In this document: one piece after another, positions 37,201 through 47,145 of the stretch
Layout: each line of letters starts with the position of its first letter
Numbering within the stretch: the stretch's first letter is position 1
Origin: a virus
Direction: 5' to 3' (one strand)
Virus record (IMG/VR): IMGVR_UViG_3300045988_164982
Length of the DNA stretch: 64,000 nucleotides
Position numbers and translations under genes: made by a program
The notes under the pieces: model-generated
The model's input: only the letters and a program-made list of their open reading frames with translations
The model's database searches: none
Told to the model about the DNA's origin: nothing

Positions 37201-38088
37201 ATGCAGGCAGAGATTACACCATTATTGCAGGCTCTAAATCCAGAGAACATTGGCACATATAACAGATTGCTGGCTCGTGCTATAGGGCTGAGTGAGGCTG
37301 TCGCGTATGCCAGTTTGGTCGCAAAATTCATATACTACAGTAAAAATGATCTGCTTGATGATGAGGGCTTTTTTTATTCAACCGTTGAGGATTTAGAAGA
37401 AAGCACAAGTTTATCAAAGAAGCAGCAAATCAGGGTTATAAAAAATCTAATTGAACATGGATTGATAGATTGCAAAAGGAAAGGTCTGCCAGCTAAACGA
37501 TATTTCAAGATACTTTACAACGAAGAACGATTACGAGAATTGTTCAAGAAAAACAGTGGTGATGGGGATAACAAGAAGTTACCTTTGGGCACAACACTAG
37601 GTGACAAAAGGGAACAACACTCGGTGACAAAAGGGAACAACAGTAAGTGCCAAAAGGGAACGGAAAACTATATAAATAAAACTATATTAAAAAACCATGA
37701 TATAAAAAACAATATAAATACATCGCCTAACGGTAATGATGGGACAACTGCAAGCAATAAAACGGAAGCATCTGCGAGTCCCAGTGAAAAACAGATAGAA
37801 GCTCAGTTCAACGAGGTATGGAAACTGTACCCAGCAGGTCGTAAGCAGGGAAAAGAACCTGCTAGAAAATCTTTCTTTAAGGCAATCAAAGACGGAGTGT
37901 CATTTGAAACCATCAAAGCTGGATTGTTAGCTTACAAAAAGCAGATAGAGTTCCGAAAAACTGAAACCAAGTACATAAAACAAGCCTCTACATGGTTTAA
38001 TCAGAAATGCTGGGAGGATGAATATGAAACCGAAGTAAGACATTCAGAGGACGATTACCAGTGGGAAAGATTGGGGACATGGGTATGA
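37201..38088 (+). CDS. replisome organizer / replication initiator (DnaD-like)
   Basis: precedes the DnaC-like loader with a coupled start; contains internal iterons and an AT-rich block. Confidence 0.5.
   Translation: MQAEITPLLQALNPENIGTYNRLLARAIGLSEAVAYASLVAKFIYYSKNDLLDDEGFFYSTVEDLEESTSLSKKQQIRVIKNLIEHGLIDCKRKGLPAKRYFKILYNEERLRELFKKNSGDGDNKKLPLGTTLGDKREQHSVTKGNNSKCQKGTENYINKTILKNHDIKNNINTSPNGNDGTTASNKTEASASPSEKQIEAQFNEVWKLYPAGRKQGKEPARKSFFKAIKDGVSFETIKAGLLAYKKQIEFRKTETKYIKQASTWFNQKCWEDEYETEVRHSEDDYQWERLGTWV
37596..37735. other. candidate origin of replication: 3 direct repeats GTGACAAAAGGGAAC plus an AT-rich unwinding region, inside the initiator gene
   Basis: ggtgacaaaagggaacaaca x2 and gtgccaaaagggaacgg, followed by ~60 bp that is more than 85% AT. 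Confidence 0.45.
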
Positions 38089-38939
38089 GCGAACTTACCA
38101 GTTTGGCAGATATAATCAAGGCTGATAACCAAGGCGATAATTGCCAGCAATTTAATTATGACCAGCACGAATATGAAAAACAACGAGTAGAAATCTTCAA
38201 CGACATTCCAGGCGATCTTAACGAGCAAGACGGCTATGAGTGTAATGCCTGTAAGAATCGAGGGGTTGTGGCGATTCTGGTTGGAAATAACCAAAGGTGG
38301 ACTAGGGAGATACGATTCTGCAAATGCAAGAAAATTCGTGATGGAATCATGCGTATGAAGCGGTCAGGGTTGGAGAATCTTTTAAAAAAATACAGATTTG
38401 AAAATTTTCAGGTAACAGAGCAATGGCAGCAGACAATAAAAGAAAAAGCTGTTAGATTCTCTGAAAATCCTAGTCTCATGTTTTACATAGGCGGTCAAAG
38501 CGGGTGTGGAAAAACAATGTTATGCACCGCTATTGCAAGGAAATTGCTATATTCAGGCATGAGCCTTAGATATGTTATGTGGCGTGATACATCAGTGAGA
38601 TTAAAGGGATTAATCAAGGAAGAGGCACAGTACTCCCAGCTTATGGAAAAATTAAAACACATAGATGTTTTATACCTTGATGATTTTCTAAAAGTTCCTA
38701 TCGGACAGGAAGAAAGCAAGCCTACTTGCGCTGATTTATCCTTGGCTTTGGAAATTATCAACTATCGCTACAATGCAAAATTGATAACTCTCATATCCAG
38801 CGAATGGACTGTGAGAGAAATCATAGATTTTGACGAGGCTTTAGGAGGCAGAATATTCGAGTTAGGCGGTGAATACTGCGTAGGAGTAAAAAAGGACAAA
38901 AAACGAAATTTTAGAATCAGGAACATCGAGGAAATATAA
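38085..38939 (+). CDS. DnaC/IstB-like helicase loader ATPase
   Basis: Walker A GGQSGCGKT; Walker B LYLDD; ATGA coupling to the upstream gene. Confidence 0.65.
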   Translation: MSELTSLADIIKADNQGDNCQQFNYDQHEYEKQRVEIFNDIPGDLNEQDGYECNACKNRGVVAILVGNNQRWTREIRFCKCKKIRDGIMRMKRSGLENLLKKYRFENFQVTEQWQQTIKEKAVRFSENPSLMFYIGGQSGCGKTMLCTAIARKLLYSGMSLRYVMWRDTSVRLKGLIKEEAQYSQLMEKLKHIDVLYLDDFLKVPIGQEESKPTCADLSLALEIINYRYNAKLITLISSEWTVREIIDFDEALGGRIFELGGEYCVGVKKDKKRNFRIRNIEEI

Positions 38940-39073
38940 AAACTCGTGTGGGGCGTTTTAAGACTGCATTGTACAGTTTTGCAATAATGCATCGCAAAAC
39001 ACATTAACGGCACCTTAGAATCGCTCTGAATGAAAATTAAAGGTATTTGCAGAAATGAAAAGAGGTAATTTTT

Positions 39074-39484
39074 ATGAATAAGGTAATCTTAAAAGGCCGT
39101 TTGTCCAAGGATGTTGATTTAAGAACAACAACCACTGGTAAGAATGTTGCGACTACCAACATAGCCGTAAACAGGTATGGTAAGGATGCTGGAGCTGACT
39201 TTATCCCCCTCGTTGTGTGGGGCGATAGAGCTGAAAATTTTGCCAAGTATCTGAGCAAGGGCAGAGAGGTTCTTGTTGAGGGCAAGATACAGATACGCAG
39301 CTATGAGGGCAAAGATGGTGGCAAGCGGTACGCAACCGAGGTTATTGTTGATAATTTTGAGTTTTGTGGCAGTCGCAATGATGGTGGTAACAATAGCCAG
39401 CAGTCACAACAGTCTCATGAATCAGGTGGCGGATATTTTGGTGCCCCAGGGTTCAGTGCTGCTGATAACGATATACCGTTCTAA
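39074..39484 (+). CDS. ssb: single-stranded DNA-binding protein
   Basis: OB-fold N-terminus; Gly/Gln-rich linker; acidic C-terminal DNDIPF tail. Confidence 0.8.
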   Translation: MNKVILKGRLSKDVDLRTTTTGKNVATTNIAVNRYGKDAGADFIPLVVWGDRAENFAKYLSKGREVLVEGKIQIRSYEGKDGGKRYATEVIVDNFEFCGSRNDGGNNSQQSQQSHESGGGYFGAPGFSAADNDIPF

Positions 39485-39663
39485 AAACAAAAGTTCTGTT
39501 TTAATAAATTAAGCAAATATATGAATTAAATAAAGCTGGTGAATAAAATGCAAATTGAGTATATCCCATGCATAAGTACGTTGGCTAAGGTTTTTGCAAT
39601 AGGATTTTTAGTTGGCTTGTTTGTAGGATTTGCTGTGTGGTGCTAAAAAATGGAGTGAGTGAG

Positions 39664-39975
39664 ATGTTAAGCAAATACAGAGCTGGCAAGAATAGTCTGC
39701 TGAAGTTAGCATATATTAAACTTCCAAAAGGCAAGTGCGTTTATTGCCATATATGTGTTCATTTAGGCAGAGGAATTATTACCTATGTGTCCAAGAAGTA
39801 TTATTGTTCGTTGCAAAAAGCACAGGAAACACTAGATGATTTGGCGGACTCTAAAGGCTATGATTGGGGGGGCGAGGTAAGTAGATTACAGCAGATAGCA
39901 TTTAATCATAAACACAAAACATTTTACTTTACGGGTATTAAATCCAGCCCTCAATGGCTGGCAGCACAGGGGTGA
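39664..39975 (+). CDS. hypothetical protein
   Basis: ORF with RBS GGAGTGAGTGAG. Confidence 0.35.
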   Translation: MLSKYRAGKNSLLKLAYIKLPKGKCVYCHICVHLGRGIITYVSKKYYCSLQKAQETLDDLADSKGYDWGGEVSRLQQIAFNHKHKTFYFTGIKSSPQWLAAQG

Positions 39976-39980
39976 TTCTA

Positions 39981-40181
39981 ATGGATATTGCTCCATGCAA
40001 GGGCTGTACGAAAAGAAAAATGGGATGTCATGACAGCTGCGATGCTTACAAAGAATGGCTAGCCATAAGAGGCGAAATCGTAAAAGCATTGAGAACTGAG
40101 AGTGCACAGGATTACTCGGTTTCAAGGGAATCACGACATCTAAGGTATCTGAGAAAGCAAAAAACAGATAAGGTGGTTTAA
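39981..40181 (+). CDS. small Cys-rich hypothetical protein
   Basis: RBS GGGGTGA. Confidence 0.35.
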   Translation: MDIAPCKGCTKRKMGCHDSCDAYKEWLAIRGEIVKALRTESAQDYSVSRESRHLRYLRKQKTDKVV

Positions 40182-40182
40182 A

Positions 40183-40530
40183 TTGGAAAATAAGTGGGAC
40201 ATGGTGGAGAGGTTGGCGAAAGAGGGGTATCAATGCCCCTTTCCTAACTGTGAAAAATGCACTCTGCCAGATTGCTATAAAGATGAGATTGAGGCAAGAG
40301 TAAGGCATTTGCAACATACTCCAGAGGCTTCAAAACTTGTGAGAAGAGTTAAGGGGATTGAATTGTTTGCAGATGGGAAATATGTAAAAACCTACAAAAG
40401 TCAAGATGCTTGTATAAGGGACATACAGTCGCATTTTGGCTTTGGCAGGGAAACTATGAGAAAGAAAATCAAGCAGTGTGTGAAAAATAACAGCAGTTTA
40501 GGCAAATATACATTCAAGTTTTTGACTTAG
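40183..40530 (+). CDS. hypothetical Cys-rich protein (TTG start)
   Basis: RBS AAGGTGG. Confidence 0.35.
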   Translation: MENKWDMVERLAKEGYQCPFPNCEKCTLPDCYKDEIEARVRHLQHTPEASKLVRRVKGIELFADGKYVKTYKSQDACIRDIQSHFGFGRETMRKKIKQCVKNNSSLGKYTFKFLT

Positions 40531-40548
40531 TAAGGATAGGAAAATTAC

Positions 40549-40863
40549 ATGAGTACAATATTTAGTCCAGAGGTCGTAAACCTTGACAAATACGAATCGA
40601 AACGAGGAGTAAGACAGGTTTGCAAGATATTTGATGATAGCACGAATGAAGATAATTTCTTTTATGCAATATTAGCTCTGCCAGATGTTGAAGATTTGGC
40701 GGTATATCAAGGAAAAAGGCCTGATATTCGGTTTTACAACCTAGAAAGAGCACAAAGGCACCTCGATAAAACAGCGGACAAGGCAGGTCATCGGTGGTGT
40801 GGTAGAAACGAAGCTATTCCTGCTTTCAAGCAAGTAATGCGTGAATATCATAGGATTTGGTGA
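40549..40863 (+). CDS. hypothetical protein
   Basis: ORF. Confidence 0.35.
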   Translation: MSTIFSPEVVNLDKYESKRGVRQVCKIFDDSTNEDNFFYAILALPDVEDLAVYQGKRPDIRFYNLERAQRHLDKTADKAGHRWCGRNEAIPAFKQVMREYHRIW

Positions 40864-40868
40864 TGTGA

Positions 40869-41324
40869 ATGGTAAAAGCTAAATACGGAAATAATAAATG
40901 TATGGTGATGGGGCATACCTTTGACAGCAAGATGGAGGCCGACTATTACCTTTACCTGCTGGAGGAACAGCGAAAAGGAAAGGTGCTGGAGTTTTCCTTA
41001 CAGCCGAAGATTAACTTACAGCCACAATTTAGACTGGCAGGGAAAATGGTGCGACCCATAATGTACACTCCAGACTTTAAGGTGAAATACAGTACTGGCT
41101 TGGAAGAGTATATTGATGTTAAAGGTATGAGCACGCAGCAGGGCGAATTAAAACGAAAAATGTATCAATACCAATATGAGCGAGAGGGAGGAATCCCTCT
41201 CATTTGGGTGACACAAAGTAAAAAATACAGCACTACAGGTTGGATTGATTACTTTGAACTCAAAAGAATACGGAGAAAAAACCGCACAATTAGTGTCAGC
41301 AAGGATAGTTCCGTATGGGGTTAA
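40869..41324 (+). CDS. DUF1064-like phage protein (possible PD-(D/E)XK nuclease)
   Basis: YKVKAKY ... SKMEADYYLYL pattern. Confidence 0.35.
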   Translation: MVKAKYGNNKCMVMGHTFDSKMEADYYLYLLEEQRKGKVLEFSLQPKINLQPQFRLAGKMVRPIMYTPDFKVKYSTGLEEYIDVKGMSTQQGELKRKMYQYQYEREGGIPLIWVTQSKKYSTTGWIDYFELKRIRRKNRTISVSKDSSVWG

Positions 41325-41349
41325 AGATGGCAGAAATAGAGGTGACAGC

Positions 41350-41967
41350 ATGATAAGATTGGAAAACCTAGAGGTATATAACCTTGGCAGAGCTATTTAT
41401 TCGGCTAGAAATCCGATGAACAGCTGGGGAAAGTCAGACAGTGACATTGAAAATGATGTTTTGGGAGAAAACGACCTGAATCTTGCTAATAAATTATTTA
41501 AGGCTGGTTCTGACCACAGTAAGTTTATGAGGCAGATTTTTGTGACGGTGGACATTACAGCTCCTTTTTACTGGTGGAAAGAGGCTGATACTTACAAGGT
41601 CGGAACTGTAGCGAATAGCTGTAGTACCATGCACAAGCTGATGGCTAGACCATTAGAGCTGAATGATTTTTCGTATGATGTAGACGATTTGGATTTTCAG
41701 GAATATCTAAAGAACACAATTGCCTATATCAATGGGAGAATGGAGGAATATCACAAGGCAGAAAATATCCGTCAGAAGTGGATTGTATGGAGGTCAATTA
41801 TTATGATATTGCCGTGCTGTTACAATCAGCGAAGAACACTGACATTGAATTATGCCGTGCTCGCAAATATGCTCAAAGCTAGGGAAAACCATAAGCTATC
41901 AGAGTGGAGAGAGTTCTGTAGGTTTATGTATCTAAAGTGTCCGTATTTAGAGAGGATTATGCGATGA
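41350..41967 (+). CDS. hypothetical protein
   Basis: RBS GAGGTGA. Confidence 0.4.
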   Translation: MIRLENLEVYNLGRAIYSARNPMNSWGKSDSDIENDVLGENDLNLANKLFKAGSDHSKFMRQIFVTVDITAPFYWWKEADTYKVGTVANSCSTMHKLMARPLELNDFSYDVDDLDFQEYLKNTIAYINGRMEEYHKAENIRQKWIVWRSIIMILPCCYNQRRTLTLNYAVLANMLKARENHKLSEWREFCRFMYLKCPYLERIMR

Positions 41968-42317
41968 AGATCGAAGAAATAAAGGAATTGAGAGTAAAAC
42001 CAATGCTGGGGGTGGCGAGACGGAGATGTGACAAATACGGCTTTGAGGTTTTGGTTGCTGACCTTACGGCAGAAGCTAAGGAAGTAGGCGAGGCATGGGA
42101 TAAAGCCGTGGAGAGCAATGAGGACGATGAATACAACAAGCATTTTGCACATACGGCAGAAGAACTATATGACCTTGCCACCAGATGTGTTAGTGCTTTG
42201 TATGTAATGCAGGAAATGCAGTCTTGTCCGTGCAAGGACTTGGTGCAGTCTGTAGCAAATCAGGTATATTACAAAGACCATGCAAGGGGGTACGACAATG
42301 GCAAATATTCCGATTGA
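41964..42317 (+). CDS. hypothetical protein
   Basis: ATGA coupling with the upstream gene. Confidence 0.35.
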   Translation: MKIEEIKELRVKPMLGVARRRCDKYGFEVLVADLTAEAKEVGEAWDKAVESNEDDEYNKHFAHTAEELYDLATRCVSALYVMQEMQSCPCKDLVQSVANQVYYKDHARGYDNGKYSD

Positions 42318-42483
42318 TAACGAACATCGTATGCAGGTTTACAGCAGACGAAGAGGCATAATTCTCGAAAAGTATCGCAATGGAACTATTTCTATGGATA
42401 AGGCCTTTGATGAGTTGAGAGCACTTTCCAAAGAATTTGATACAAACAACAAGCCTGTTCAGGGTGTTATGATGAAGATGTGA
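42298..42483 (+). CDS. small hypothetical protein
   Basis: RBS AAGGGGG. Confidence 0.3.
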   Translation: MANIPIDNEHRMQVYSRRRGIILEKYRNGTISMDKAFDELRALSKEFDTNNKPVQGVMMKM

Positions 42484-42489
42484 TTGATA

Positions 42490-44229
42490 ATGCGGATAAG
42501 CAAAATAGCATTAGAAAATTTTTGTGGAGTACAAAGCCTAACCGTAAATTTAAACGGAAAATCAGCAGATATTATGGCAGCAAGCGGAGCTGGAAAAACT
42601 GCTTTAGCTAATGCCTTGCCTTGGCTTGTGTGTGGGTGCTCGTATGACGAATGTATTGAGTTTTATCCCATTACCCTAGGCAAACAGACCAATTACCAAT
42701 GGGGTAAGGTAGATGTTACATTTATCCTGCCTAGCGGGGTTGAAGTCTCATTAGGTAAAGCGTATTACGAATCAGCTTTTGCCTACAACATTTATTATGA
42801 TGTCGTGGACAATGCCTGTGGGTGCTACTATTTTATCAACGGAGAAAAGACATCCAAGGTATCATTTGAAGAACTGCTGCTGGAAATAACAGGCTGTACC
42901 AGGGACGAATTATCATTGCTTTTTGTAAACGAATATATATGGAATATGGATTATGCAAAAAGAAGAAACCAAGTGCTAGAATTTGTCCCCAGTGTTACTG
43001 ACGAGGAAATACTGGGGAGAGATGGGCGATTAGAAATGCTTGTCACTATTCTCAAAGAGAATGACATGGATGTGGTTGCGTATAGCAATCTTGCCAGGGC
43101 ACGCAGAATGGCAATAAAAGATGAAATTACAAACCTGCCTACGCACTTACGGGACATGGTAGACGAATTGCCAGACTTTAAGCAGGAATCTGTGGAAGAT
43201 GTAGAAAAGGAAATAAAGGAATACGAGGAAAATATTTCATTGCTGGAGCAGCAACGCCAGCACATTGATGAGAGTTATGATGTAAAAGAATGTTTGAAGA
43301 AAATTCATTCCCTAAAAATAAAGATAGGTAAAGCCGAGAAAGCGTATTGCTTTCATGCTATAGAGAGTAATAAGCCAAAGGAAAAGATCATACGAGAATT
43401 GCTACTCCGTGAGGGAGAGCATATCGCTGTTGTGCATAGACTAAGAGCAAACATTAAGACCTTAAAAAGGCAATACAATGATGATAAATCAAATGAGTGT
43501 GTGAAAGATGCACTAAATGATAAATTGTTGGAATTAAAGGAAGCTGTAAGAAATCAAAAGAACTGCCACAATGATATAGAAGCCTTGAAAATGTCTTGCG
43601 AGATTGTGCCAGATTACAGCCTTACGGAGGAATTTGCTGTTTTAAAAGGGCGTATAGATGTTTATGAAGCACGAAAGGCGATTGCTATAGAAGCAGAAGA
43701 ACAGAGGATAAACCAACTTGTTGAAATGAACCACAAGGCTATAGAGGATGCAAAACAAAGAAAAGGAGTCTTAATGCAAGGCGAACGATTACTAGGAATC
43801 CTAAATCAAGAGGTGGAACATTATCTTGAATGTCACGCAGAGTATGAGAACCTAACATACCTAATTGATATGTGCAGACTGTACGCTCTTTGCAAGGCAA
43901 GGCTGCTTAATGAAAGAATGGCAGAAATATTCCCTACATTGCGATTTGTTTTTTATGAAATGCTGGCCAATGGCACAATGATAGAAAAATGTTCGCCAAC
44001 TGTGTGCGTGAATGGCGAGTTTGTCCCATTTGCAATTGCTAGCAGGAGCGAAGTTCAAAATGCTAAGTTAGAGATGGCAGAAGCATTACGGCTGTTCTAT
44101 AACAAAGATATTCCTATAGTGGTAGATGACTATTTATCAGTAGATGGCTGTATAAAGCCGTCAGAACAGTTTGTACGCATGATATACGACAATAGGTATA
44201 CAAATATTACCGTAGATAAAAAAGACTAA
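42490..44229 (+). CDS. second SMC/Rad50/RecF-like coiled-coil ATPase (orphan)
   Basis: IALENFCGVQSL ... AASGAGKT Walker A; coiled-coil centre; C-terminal IPIVVDDY Walker B-like motif. Confidence 0.5.
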   Translation: MRISKIALENFCGVQSLTVNLNGKSADIMAASGAGKTALANALPWLVCGCSYDECIEFYPITLGKQTNYQWGKVDVTFILPSGVEVSLGKAYYESAFAYNIYYDVVDNACGCYYFINGEKTSKVSFEELLLEITGCTRDELSLLFVNEYIWNMDYAKRRNQVLEFVPSVTDEEILGRDGRLEMLVTILKENDMDVVAYSNLARARRMAIKDEITNLPTHLRDMVDELPDFKQESVEDVEKEIKEYEENISLLEQQRQHIDESYDVKECLKKIHSLKIKIGKAEKAYCFHAIESNKPKEKIIRELLLREGEHIAVVHRLRANIKTLKRQYNDDKSNECVKDALNDKLLELKEAVRNQKNCHNDIEALKMSCEIVPDYSLTEEFAVLKGRIDVYEARKAIAIEAEEQRINQLVEMNHKAIEDAKQRKGVLMQGERLLGILNQEVEHYLECHAEYENLTYLIDMCRLYALCKARLLNERMAEIFPTLRFVFYEMLANGTMIEKCSPTVCVNGEFVPFAIASRSEVQNAKLEMAEALRLFYNKDIPIVVDDYLSVDGCIKPSEQFVRMIYDNRYTNITVDKKD

Positions 44230-44244
44230 GGAAAGGGCGAAAAC

Positions 44245-44454
44245 ATGAATAACGAAACTAACAACACAAACCAGGCACAGGAGAATAATGAAGCTAGAGA
44301 AGCGATACGTGAAGTGTTAGAGAAAAATGTTGCCATCAAGGCTGTACTGGGAACATTGATATTCTTTACCATAATCGCTGTTATTGCACTGCTTAACGGA
44401 GCTGTGGTAGCTTTAGGGCTACTGCCTATATTAGCTGCATTGGGGTTGATTTAA
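44245..44454 (+). CDS. small membrane protein
   Basis: hydrophobic C-terminal half. Confidence 0.35.
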   Translation: MNNETNNTNQAQENNEAREAIREVLEKNVAIKAVLGTLIFFTIIAVIALLNGAVVALGLLPILAALGLI

Positions 44455-45144
44455 TTGGCTAGACCTATAGAAAATTTAATTGGACAAAAGTTTGGGTATT
44501 TGACTGCCCTGCACCCAGAGAAAAGGAATGGCATTATTGAATGGTTGTGTGTGTGCGAATGTGGAAATAAGATTTTTGTTCGCACCTCATATTTGAAGTC
44601 GGGCAGGGTTAAGTCGTGTGGGTGCTTGAATTGGGATCAGCAAAAAAACGATAAGGCTATGAAGTACAAGCTCAGACAGAATTTACGCAAGGCAGCATTA
44701 ATGCGGAATTTTGACGGTATGATTATCAATTCGACCAAGAGCACTAGAGGCGAGGGGCTGAGTGCTGTCCGAGGGGTAAATTGGCATAAGGGCAATCAAA
44801 TGTGGGAGGCTCGAATCTTTGTAAATGGAGAGAATCACCATTTGGGGTACTATAGAACGCTTGATGAAGCTGCAAAGGCCAGAGATAAGGCTGAGAAAAA
44901 GTATCTTGCACCTGTTATTCGCAAGTACAACAGAATAAAGAAGAAATTGGAACGGCTCGTTCAGGAAGAATGGGATGCTGGCAAGGAAGCACGCATAAAG
45001 GAACTGAAACAGCAGTTGGAGGAGTGGGAGAAGCGTAAGGAAAATGTAGACCGCAGTTTACGAAGTGCAGAGGATAGGAGGAAAGCAAGACATAATGCAA
45101 ACAGAGATAAAAGACGAGAGGGTTTCAATCCTGACTTACAATGA
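44455..45144 (+). CDS. HNH-family homing-endonuclease-like protein with an AP2 DNA-binding domain
   Basis: Zn-ribbon CVCECG ... CGC; AP2-like GVNWHKGNQMWEARIFVNGENHHLGYYRTLDEAAKARDKA. Confidence 0.5.
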   Translation: MARPIENLIGQKFGYLTALHPEKRNGIIEWLCVCECGNKIFVRTSYLKSGRVKSCGCLNWDQQKNDKAMKYKLRQNLRKAALMRNFDGMIINSTKSTRGEGLSAVRGVNWHKGNQMWEARIFVNGENHHLGYYRTLDEAAKARDKAEKKYLAPVIRKYNRIKKKLERLVQEEWDAGKEARIKELKQQLEEWEKRKENVDRSLRSAEDRRKARHNANRDKRREGFNPDLQ

Positions 45145-45643
45145 TTATTGCACGTTGGCCAAGGAATATCTGAGGTCGTACAATCAATTTAGAAGCACTT
45201 TGGAAAACCTCAAAAATGACAAGAGGGCTATGTACAAAAGACTCCAAGAGTATGAAGATGTATCAGCAGGTGTCAGCAAATACGGATTGGCTGCTACTGT
45301 ACCAGCTACAGGAAGTTCTGCCGGCAGTGTTGTGGAAAGAACATCGGAGAAAAGAGAGCGTGTGCGTGTAAGGCTAAAGGCGATAGATAGGGACATTGAG
45401 GAATTGGAAACTATTATCCGTAAGATAGACCGAGCACTAACCTTTATGCCGACCATAGAGGGGGAAATGGTACGCCTCCATTTCATTGAAAGATTTAAAT
45501 GGTATCAGGTAGGAGAATCGCTGGGCATGAGCCGCCATTGGGTGACGGAGAAAGGGAATGAGGCATTGAAGAAAATGGCATTAATGCTGTTTGGAAGTGT
45601 TGCAGCAATGCCAGAACACAACAGGTTCTGTTTTGTGAAATAA
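45095..45643 (+). CDS. RinA/ArpU-like late transcriptional activator
   Basis: C-terminal sigma-region-4-like HTH FKWYQVGESLGMSRHWVTEKGNEALKKM; start uncertain (GTG 45065 or ATG 45095). Confidence 0.5.
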   Translation: MQTEIKDERVSILTYNDYCTLAKEYLRSYNQFRSTLENLKNDKRAMYKRLQEYEDVSAGVSKYGLAATVPATGSSAGSVVERTSEKRERVRVRLKAIDRDIEELETIIRKIDRALTFMPTIEGEMVRLHFIERFKWYQVGESLGMSRHWVTEKGNEALKKMALMLFGSVAAMPEHNRFCFVK

Positions 45644-45647
45644 GAAA

Positions 45648-45682
45648 AGGAGCACCAAACCTTGCGGAATGGTGCTCCTTTT
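45648..45682 (+). terminator. rho-independent terminator
   Basis: GGAGCACCA...TGGTGCTCC stem followed by TTTTT. Confidence 0.65.
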
Positions 45683-45689
45683 TACTTTG

Positions 45690-47145
45690 TGATACGCTTT
45701 CGCTGTCAACTACCTACCACCTATAGAGGTGGAGGCTTGTAAGTCAAAAATCACTTAGGTACTAACGATATTATCTCCCTAATTTTGCCTACATCATCGG
45801 ATGGTTGACAACACCCGTCTAGCCTAAAAGTATACTTCTAAGCTGTTAGTTTTGGTTTTTTCTCACCTGAAACATATCTCACACCTAATTGCTGAATATT
45901 CATAGCACCAACTCTATCATCATTACTGCAATACCCACATTTACATCTAAAAATGTGAGATTTGTGGTTACGACTCTTTTTATCAATACATCCACACTTA
46001 GGACATCTCTGAGACGTATATTGTGCAGGTACTTTTAATACAGCACTATGATTTAAATTAGCCTTATAGGTTAAGAATTGCTCTAACTGGTAAAAAGCCC
46101 ATGAACGCTTCTCACAACGACTTTCAGTAGAGCCTTTTAAATTATCCTCATCAAAGGTAATCCCTGTTAAATCTTCAAGTACAAAAAGTGTATTTTTACC
46201 ATACTTCTTTATGAGTGTCTTAGATAGACAGTGATTAACATCTGTCATCCAACGGTTCTCTCGTCCTGAAATACGTTTTAATACTCTTTTAGCCGATTTT
46301 GTACCTTTAGACTGTAACTCTGCTCTTACTTTAGCAAATCTATTACGTTTAGTCCTAGCCTTATTTCCTGAAAAGAATGTAGTCTTTCCTTGCTCATCAT
46401 AACACACTGCATGAAATCTAATGCCTCTGTCAATACCAACTACATGAGCAATCTGTTCTGTATTTACAGCCTCAATTAACTTAGTAGCTGAAATGTGTAA
46501 GTACCAACTACCATCATGTTCTACTAACTTAGCACTGCCAAGTTTCCAATCAGAAGAGAAATATTTATCAAAATTATCACTACATATAGGTGTAGCAAAT
46601 ATTCTGCCCTCTAAAGTATTAATAGATAAATTCCCGTTGGCTAACTTAGACCAATCACGATTACGAACAAGGTCGACTTGCGGATGTGCAAAATTTATAG
46701 GCTTCTCGAGCCATTCAAGATTCCTAGAAACATGATACCTCTTCTTAGTATTCTTATCTTGGAATCTATACGGATTTTGTTTCAACTGTGTTTTTACAGT
46801 CTTATATCTTGCAATTGTAGAACGAATTGCAGATTGTGCCATCATGGATTTTAATCCAAATTTTACACGAATCTCACTATATATCCCTTTTTGTAATTTT
46901 AGCTGACTTAACTGAAACCCGTGTGTAAAGATATATTCGGAAATATAATTACAGGCTTGTCTATATTGCTCCATAGTATTAGTAACTTTAGAAACATCTT
47001 CAATACGATGTAAGTCTAACTTTACTTTTATTGTAATACCTTGTGTTATACTAGACAATCATATCACCTCCTTTGTTTAATTTATTTAATATATCTAGCA
47101 ATTCCTCCCCCACTTCTATAAGTGGGGGGAGGAATTGCTAAAGTG
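45690..47145 (-). mobile_element. IS200/IS605-family element carrying only tnpB (IS1341-like), with subterminal hairpins
   Basis: TnpB ORF; left-end perfect hairpin AGCAATTCCTCCCCCACTT-ctata-AAGTGGGGGGAGGAATTGCT (47096-47140); right-end hairpin CCACCT-atag-AGGTGG (45716-45731). Confidence 0.65.
45838..47058 (-). CDS. tnpB: TnpB (OrfB) RNA-guided-endonuclease-family transposase accessory protein
   Basis: 406 aa; C-terminal zinc-ribbon CPKCGCIDKKSRNHKSHIFRCKCGYCSNDDRVGAMN; RuvC-like region. Confidence 0.75.
   Translation of the reverse strand: MSSITQGITIKVKLDLHRIEDVSKVTNTMEQYRQACNYISEYIFTHGFQLSQLKLQKGIYSEIRVKFGLKSMMAQSAIRSTIARYKTVKTQLKQNPYRFQDKNTKKRYHVSRNLEWLEKPINFAHPQVDLVRNRDWSKLANGNLSINTLEGRIFATPICSDNFDKYFSSDWKLGSAKLVEHDGSWYLHISATKLIEAVNTEQIAHVVGIDRGIRFHAVCYDEQGKTTFFSGNKARTKRNRFAKVRAELQSKGTKSAKRVLKRISGRENRWMTDVNHCLSKTLIKKYGKNTLFVLEDLTGITFDEDNLKGSTESRCEKRSWAFYQLEQFLTYKANLNHSAVLKVPAQYTSQRCPKCGCIDKKSRNHKSHIFRCKCGYCSNDDRVGAMNIQQLGVRYVSGEKKPKLTA

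Noticed and set aside
41350-41967. Flavin-dependent thymidylate synthase (ThyX)
   Set aside because: The size and the position next to nucleotide-metabolism-like genes suggested it, but the RHRxxSxxxSxR motif is absent.
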